Of a stretch of 64,000 nt of DNA, positions 56,384 through 64,000 are shown in pieces. This DNA is from Octopus sinensis. Its lineage: Eukaryota. The stretch covers positions 77,066,001 to 77,130,000 of the forward strand of contig NC_043003.1 in NCBI RefSeq assembly GCF_006345805.1, read 5' to 3'. The notes beneath the pieces are model-generated. The model had not been told where the DNA came from. It worked only from the letters and a program-made list of their open reading frames with translations, and ran no database searches. The position numbers were made by a program, and so were the translations under genes. Positions within the stretch are counted from its first letter, which is position 1. Every line of letters starts with the position of its first letter.

Positions 56384-56949
56384 TTATATATATTATAACG
56401 TATATTATACATATAAATATACATACACACTTTATTATTAAGCTGCAAAAACGTCACAAAATTTCATAGAAAACTGCTACACAGAGTTTTACGTTCTTGT
56501 TCATCGGGATAAAAATTGAGGTTGTATGTATAATGTATATTTAGATATGATTTACATTGACAGATGCACATTTGAATTTCATTAGTTGTTTCCACTAACG
56601 GTCTTTCATAAGTATGCAAGTTGAGACAGTAAATGTACAAATAGAAGTTAAAATTAGAATAAAAAGTAAAATTACATAAATATCGTGTTGTATAAAGTCG
56701 AAGAAAACCTTGAGTAGGAAAAAATCTTGAGTCAAAAAGAAATTTTGAGTTAAAAAGAAATCATTCATGTCCAAAGTAAATTAATAAATGGTAAATAAAT
56801 GAATAATTAATTAATATGTATGTATATGTGTTTTAAAAAAGATTTAGCCCATGGGTTGAGAATGCTCCTTGATGTTAATAAAACAGTAACGGGTTTCTTT
56901 TTATATATGCAACTCATACACACACACACATATATACATAAATATACAT

Positions 56950-56993
<44 letters not shown>

Positions 56994-57255
56994 TAGATAG
57001 ATAGATAGGTAGGTAGGTAGGTAGGTAGGTAGGTAGGTAGGTGGGTGGGTGGGTAGGTAGGTAGGTAGGTAGGTAGGTGGGTGGGTGGGTAGGTAGGTAG
57101 GTAGGTAGGTAGGTGGGTGGGTGGGTAGGTAGGTAGGTGGGTAGGTAGGTAGGTAGGTAGGTAGGTAGGTGGGTAGGTAGGTAGGTAGGTAGATAGGTAG
57201 ATAGGTAGGTAGACTGACAGATAGATAGATAGATTGATAGATAGATAGATAGATA
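56950..57255. repeat. (GATA)n-(GGTA)n/(GGGT)n compound microsatellite abutting the Tx1 3' end
   Basis: Directly visible, with a ~36-bp higher-order unit. Confidence 0.95.
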
Positions 57256-57627
57256 TGTTTCTTTATTAGCCACACAGGGCTGCACACAGATAGAACAAAT
57301 TACAAGGTAGAGCTTTTCTTTTGGAGGTAAAAAAAAAAAAAATTTTTTTTAAAGGGGGGGTCGATCAAAAGGGATCGTAAAAGGAGAGAAAGAGGACAAA
57401 AAAGGGGGGGGTAAAAAAAAGGGGGAGAGGAAAAAAATTGATCAATAGGGATCGTTATCACAGAAATGTCAATATGAAGTGTAAAGGGGAGGACAGGTGA
57501 GGTTTACCCGTGGAAAGAAAAGCCTACGGAAAAGACCACGGTAACCTCGGTCAATGAAGTCACATGTTATATTTCTTTTTTTTTTTTTTTTTTGCAAATA
57601 AGCACTCTCTGTATTAATTTTTACGGT

Positions 57628-60600
57628 TCATAGAATCATAGTCAAGGTGGCTTCGTCATTCATACGTGCCATCCTTGCTACATTCACCCATCTTTTTTTA
57701 AAACATTCACTAGACAAAACTTGCCTTCTACTCTCACTTTTTTCTTCAAGTGATACTTGAAGAAGTTGATGAGAGATTGACCAGAGAGGAAAGTGTTTGT
57801 CTCTAATCCTTTCAGACGCGTCCACCAGATACATTCTTTCGCCATAGCCACAAGTATGATAAAAATAGCTCTTCCTTCCCGTTTGAAGGAAGGAGGCGTG
57901 ACGATATTAACGATAGACTCGGCTGATAAACCGACACGTCCCACACGTGACAGCAGTCGTTCGACATAAGCCCACAGGTGGGAAATTGCTGGACACTGCA
58001 CGATTGCGTGTAGAGCGGTTTCGTCGCTCTGCCCGCATCTCGGGCAGGTCGGCCCCGTGTTTCTCGAGCCATGCCTATAGAGCTTATCCCGAACGGGTAG
58101 CGCTTCTCGGTAGCACCGCCAGGCCAGGGATCTCTGGAAGTTGTCCATAGGTCCCGGGCCGAAAGTCGTTTGAAACAGGCGGGTCAGGTATTCCTCGTCG
58201 ACGCCCAGGTTTGCCCCGAGCTCGTCGTCGTACCTCCCTCCACTAATCCCCTATAGAATGCTTTGGTTGTGTTGAAGTCACTCAAGGTCGACCCGGGACG
58301 GCAGAGTTGCTTGAGAGCAACGCGACACTCGCGGTGCCATCGCCCTTCTTCGGCCTCTTTTTGATCCACGACTGTAGTTCGGTCATGGAGACGAGTTGCG
58401 GGAATGCGTGCCTCACAAACGGCGACCACACCTGTTCACCGTCGTCTACATAGAGCCGGAGATGTCGCAGTCTCAGCGCGTGTCTGCGCATCATCAACCA
58501 CGGCATGCCCAGCCCTCCTTTTAACGGGTGTTGACAGCAAATGGATCGCCTGACCATCGGGACGCATCCTTTCCACAAGAAGCGGAAGAGGATGCGTTCT
58601 ATGGTGATGGTGGGTCGGGACAAGGTACGACGGTCAGGCGGTAGTAGATGATGGACGCGATGTACGCGTTCACCACCTCCGCCCGACCTTTTAGGGACAG
58701 TTTCCTCTCGGCCCATTGCTGGGCGAGAGTGACCACCCTACTCGTTATCTCGTTCCAGTTCTTCTCCATTTGGAGGTCCGGACCGAACCAGACCCCGAGC
58801 AACTCAACCGGGCCGTCTGTCCAGCGTCCCACGACGGAGGTACTGGTGGACGGCATGGGCTTGCTTCTCCAGGTGCCGAGCCGCAAGTCCACTGACTTTT
58901 CCCGGTTGATTTTTGCTCCTGTCACCGCTTCGTAGTCTTTCAGTGTCTCGCCGACCCGCTCGATGTGCTCGTGGCTTGACACTATGATGGTGACGTCGTC
59001 CGCGTATGCAGACACGCTCGTCCCGCATCCTAATTCTCGCGGGATGCCCCTCAGAGTCGCCAGCTTCCGCAGTAGTGGCTCAAGAGTCAATACGTATAGA
59101 AGCGCCGAGAGGGGGCATCCCTGACGGACCGAACGTGCAATGTCGAAGGGTCTCGATAGATGTCCATTTACGCGAATTACCGAACGGATGCCTCTGTACA
59201 AGGCAGCTATCCAGCCGCGGAAGACGGGACCGAAACCAGCCGCTCTCAGGACTGCCTCCAAGTATCGATGGTCTACCCTATCAAAGGCTTTCGATTGATC
59301 CAAGTTGATCAGGGCCCCAACCATGCCAGGTTCGTTAACTACCCTGTCTATGATGTAGCGCATCAGATGGAGGTTGTCATGGATGCTCCGGCCCGGCACG
59401 GCGCACGTTTGTACGTTGTCGACCAGTTTCTCCATGACAAGCGCCAACCTCTTGGCTAACACCTTTGTCAAAATTTTCAGGTCTGCATTGAGCAGAGTGA
59501 TTGGCCTAAAGTTATCTATAATGTTTCCCTTGTTTGGATCTTCTTCAGCAGAGTTACAGCTCCTCGACTCACAAAACCGGGTATGCTCCCGTTTTGCTGC
59601 CAGTTGCAGTATACCGCTGCCAAGACGTCTCCAAACAAGTCTGGCATACAATAGTAAAATTCGTAGGGTAGACCATCCAAACCCGGTGATTTGTCCCTCG
59701 AGCATTCTGCCATCGCTTCCCGCACTTCCGCCGCCGTGATGGCACCTTCGCAGCACCCTGCCTTTCTTGTCGAGAGTCGTGGCAGGCTATGTAGGTAGGC
59801 ACTGAAGTCTACCCTACGTTCTTGCCCTCCACTCGTCCCGAACAGTCGGGCAAAATGCTGCTGAAAGGCCTCACACATTTTACTTGGCTCGAGCAATTCG
59901 CGCCCCTGTTCATCTACCAGTGACCGAATGGTGGCTTTGTTGCCCTGTTGCGCCTCTGCCACCCGGGCCTCTCTCGCGGCTCCAACACCTTCGTTCCTTA
60001 GAGCACGCATCCTAGCTCTGACAGCACATCCTTCGTGTTTGGCGTTGAAGTGTTGGTCGAGGGCCAACCTCGCCGCCAAAACGTCGGATGCGATGCCGCT
60101 TCTAATTGCCTCTTCTAGCTTCTTAACTAGCTCCCCTCTACTCTATTTCTATCTATGGCTAGTGCTTTGCTGTGTACCTAATCGCTTCTGCTTTTACTGC
60201 TCTCTTGAGGGCAAACCACCATTTGTTGTTGATGATGGCTCCCGTCAAAGCCCTCTTTACTAGTGTGCTAATCCGGTCTCTGAAAACTTGTCTGGACGGG
60301 AATGATGCGTGCAGTTTCCAGTACCCAGGACCCTGTCTATGTGCCTTCTTAAGTCTAGCGTACACGTCACCAATTTGTGATCCGTGTAGCTGACTGTGTG
60401 GAATTGTGGACATCCTAAGTTATCCTTGTCTACTGTCCTACACAGTATCCTATCTAGATACGATCTCGACGACCCACTGCGGTTGCTCCATGTCCACGTT
60501 GGTGCATTTGGGTGGTCGAGTCGGTACCTGTCAGACAGTTGGAATCGTCTGAGCAGGTCTCTGAGGCATTTGCATCCCCTTCTATTTCTGTCTCTACCCA

Positions 60601-61056
60601 CGTAGTCTACATGCGGTGTCCAAGGTAGCATTCCAATCCCCACTAAGAGTAAAGGACGAGACGTTCCCAAGAATACTTCTAGACGTCGAAAGAAACCGCC
60701 CGACCTGTTAAGGGCGGTGCGTAGACTGATACGAGTCGAAAAGCGCACCCATTGCTGCCGTCAACATCCAGAACGATCAGTCTACCCTCCGGGTCTACGA
60801 ATATCGTCTTGACTTCGAGATCCAGGCTCTTGTGAAAAAGTACCGCGGTGCCACTACCGCCCATCCTCGGCAGACAGGGAGCGAAATAAATGTTAAACTG
60901 TCCGCCAAACATGGACTTTAGGGCCCGTGGCTCGTGGAGTCTGGTCTCACTTATGGCTATGATTCCCAGATCATGTGACTTGATGTCATTTAGGAGGTAT
61001 CCTTGTTTCCAAGGAGACCCCAATCCACGCGCATTCACACAACCAATCTTGACCAT
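57628..61056 (-). pseudogene. Tx1 ORF2 (APE endonuclease, reverse transcriptase, CCHC), split by roughly 8-9 frameshifts
   Basis: MVKIGCVNARGL..., SETRL, VYAP, SYLDRI, YTDH (EN); SPGLDGLPYEFY, FRPITLLNADLKIL, LDQSKAFDRVDH, RQGCPLSALLY, YADDV (RT); CPRCG...HAIVQC. Confidence 0.93.
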
Positions 61057-61106
61057 GATTCTATTGGGGTGTGTGCTTTAAAACACACAAATGAAAGTAC
61101 AGAGAG

Positions 61107-63209
61107 TTACTTACTTGTGTCGAAAGTTTTGGCTTCCTCGTTCTTTGATGTGTCTTCGAGGAGGTTTCTATATAGTTTTTGGGACAGATATTTCTGGAAA
61201 CCCCCTACAGCATTTGGGAAGAGGGTTTTGAGTTTGTGGTGTTGTGTTTGTGTGATGTGTAGTATTTTGATGTGTTTGGGTGGTGTAGTGCGTGGATGAT
61301 TGCTATTTTTAAAGTCATCTTCACAAATGTTTGTGTATCCTGTGATGTACTCCATTAGTTTGGAGTCTTTTGTGTCTATCGCTGATAGCATTGTTTTTGT
61401 GGTGTTGGTGCTTGTTTTGTTGTGTATGGAGTTTTCAGGGTTCAGGTATCTCCCTGCTTTGGTTGCGATTTCTTGTTTGTTTTCTTGATCTTTTTCTTTT
61501 ACCCCCTGTGGCTATTTGCCATTCTGTCGAACTTTCATCGTTAGATGAAAATTCTGACGAATCAGCAGGGGGCAAGGGTAAAGCGTCTGGATGTGTTTGT
61601 GCGGTTGTAGATATTGCTGTGGTGCGCGGGGAGGGTGTTGCTGGGGGGTTTGTTGTGGTTATTGTCTCTCCTCTCCTATGGTGCTTGTTTTCTTCGTTGT
61701 TATTCTTGGTGTTGGAATTGGTTTATTTTTTGTTGGTGGTGATGATTCTGTTCTTGGCGCTGGTGTTGGTGTTGTTTGGTTGGGTTGGCTTGTTCTTTGT
61801 TGTTTTTTCCTGCATTCCTTTCCGCATACAGCTTCTTGACTAGCTGTCCATATTGTGGTGTGGGCAATAACCCTGGCTTTTGTGATTTTTCCTGTGGCTG
61901 TTGTTGTTGTTGTATTTTGCGGCAGATTTGCACTCCTTTTTGAGGTGTGCCTCACTGCAACATGTATAGCATCGTGCCTTCTGCCCTCGACTACTACGTA
62001 TAACTTGCGGCCATCCTCAAGATGTACGTGGGTGGGGATTTTCTTTATGTCCTCTTGACTTATGTGGAAGAGGAACTCTATTCTCTTTCCCAGCCAGTCC
62101 TTGTTTTCCGAAACACCGATATCTAGGATGTTTAAGTCCTCCATTTCGGATGTTAAGGCGGATGTTATCCACAGTGTTGTAGTCACTTGGGGGACACCAC
62201 TGATAATGACTTTCGTCACCTTCTTGCCCAGGCAACTCGGTGTCAACGTTAGTTCATCAGAATGAAGGGTTATCGTTGAGAATTTCTTCGCCAACTCTTC
62301 ATTCTGAAAAACCACCTGTACGTGTGCGAACTTGTTCGCCCAAGTCACACAATCCTTGTATCCTTGTAAGCACTTTTCGACTTTGTCTGTGCTTGCCTTT
62401 TCTGGACTTTTAGTTTTTTTATTTGTGATTTTATATACAATTTTATATACAATTGTCTTTTTTTTCTCCTCATTCAGTATGTGCTGAGGTATGTGTAAGA
62501 GTATTTTCCCGTTTTGATTTGTAATAAGGTTTCTGCAATCTTTAATCTGTTGTGTAGTAAACGAAACTTTTGTTACCTTTTCTTTTATCGCCTCGGCGAA
62601 GTTTGTTGTTGTTTTGTTATTGTTGTTACTGCCGGTGGTGTTGGTGTTGATGGCAGGGTTGTGGGTTGTAGGTTTGTGGTTGCTGATTATGCAACTAGCA
62701 AGGGGTGGGAAATTGCCTGCGTAATTTAGTCCTGCATTAGCGCAAATTTCGGCATTTCGTTTGCTTGTCGTCGTTATTTTTTCACTTGTTGGTGATGGAG
62801 TGAGCAGTGGTTGAAGGGAATTGTTGTTGTCGTCGTCGTTGTTGTTGTTGTTGTTGTTATTGTCGTTCTTGGTGACGGCGGTGGTGTTAGTAGTATTAGT
62901 AGCATTGACGGCACGGTCTTTGGTGGCGGTGATGGTGGTGTTGGTATTGTTATTGGTGGCGATGTCTTTAGTAGGGATAGTAGTTTTAGTAGCAGATTCT
63001 GCCATGGTGTTGTTGTCGGTGTTGGTGGTGGACTTACTGATGGTGTTGACGGTGCTTGGCCTTGCGACCTTTGTTTTGTATTTGTTGCTGTTGTCGATGT
63101 TGATGGTGGTGGAGTTGTCAGGTTCAGCGTATGCTAACAGAGCATCCTGTTTTTCTGCCTCTGCGTCACGCTTGACTTGCACCTCAGCCTCGTGGTGACC
63201 AGTGGCCAT
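61107..63209 (-). pseudogene. Tx1 ORF1 (gag-like RNA-binding protein), frameshifted
   Basis: ATG at 63209 and a Thr/Asn-rich N-terminus. After VVEGRR a shifted frame reads RCYTCCSEAHLKKEC (CX2CX4HX4C, ~61930-61975). The last segment ends at TAA 61107-61109, ~50 nt before the ORF2 ATG. Confidence 0.85.
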
Positions 63210-63419
63210 TTTGGAAATAAAATGGCTAAATGAAACCACGAAGGCTATGAGAATTTTTTCTTTTAAATTTTGCCCACAAGGGGCAAAATTTTGTGTCGAT
63301 ATTTATCAAAGGTTTACAGTGGATGTTGTTGCACAACTTTTAAGCACAAAATATTTGTCAATATACACTTTTGAACGTACAAAAATACCAACTTACGTGG
63401 AGCCCATTTGACTTGCGTC

Positions 63420-63731
<312 letters not shown>

Positions 63732-64000
63732 TTTATATGTAAATCCTCAATTATGTAATGAACTTACTTGCGTGAACAAAATAAAGCGACTAAGAAAAAT
63801 TTGTCTACATTGTTGCCACTTATGAAAAAGAGATGGGAATCTTGCACCAGTTATGAAATTGAATTTGTATAATGACCATTAGGACATACGATGACCTTTG
63901 GGACATACAACAACTTTTGGGACATATGGTCGTTTCAGGTTAGAAGCAAGGTATATATGTATTTCAGCAATACCAAAAAGGTTAACGAATGCATAATAGT

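Larger units (their letters stand above)
57256..63410 (-). mobile_element. Near full-length Tx1/L1-clade LINE (5' UTR, ORF1, ORF2, 3' UTR)
   Basis: Two-ORF layout with APE, RT and a C-terminal Cys/His motif. 3' end ...ggctaataaagaaac with no poly(A). Flanked by GATA/GACA repeats. The 5' boundary is approximate. Confidence 0.95.

Noticed and set aside
56472-56512. Degenerate hammerhead on the minus strand (CCGAUGA...AAAA...UA)
   Set aside because: Several core and stem mismatches. Probably a dead Penelope-type terminal repeat relic, not a functional ribozyme.
57010-57200. G-quadruplex potential in the GGTA/GGGT repeat
   Set aside because: Mostly GG runs with at most three consecutive GGG tracts per unit, which a microsatellite explains adequately.
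63265-63291. 11-bp hairpin in the Tx1 5' UTR (aaattttgccc-acaag-gggcaaaattt)
   Set aside because: Real, but a single short hairpin with no evidence of function. No HDV-like ribozyme fold was evident.

Overview
This is AT-rich eukaryotic genomic DNA packed with microsatellites. The two abundant tRNA-derived SINE families and the extreme simple-repeat load point to a coleoid cephalopod, most likely Octopus (inference, no database check). Nearly all six-frame ORFs outside transposons are translations of (TA)n, (CA)n, (GATA)n and trinucleotide repeats. The real coding content is retroelement-derived. It comprises (1) a near full-length Tx1/L1-clade LINE on the minus strand (~57.26-63.41 kb; ORF1 with a CCHC knuckle, ORF2 with APE endonuclease, RT and a Cys/His motif, broken mostly by indels) embedded in GATA repeats; (2) a near full-length R4/Dong-type RLE LINE on the plus strand (49.5-53.5 kb) inside a co-oriented stack of related elements separated by (TAA)n tracts; (3) RTE and Penelope-like relics; and (4) a palindromic mariner derivative. 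About 25 SINE copies, a tRNA-Asp-like pseudogene and a minimal hammerhead ribozyme are also present. A weakly supported host terminal exon lies at ~43.5-43.8 kb (+). The most interesting observations are a SINE 3' tail shared with the Tx1 3' end (candidate LINE/SINE partnership), an identical 87-bp segment at two Tx1 junctions 30.6 kb apart, the TAA-targeted Dong nest, the intact hammerhead motif, and the mariner whose 3' end is replaced by an inverted copy of its 5' end.
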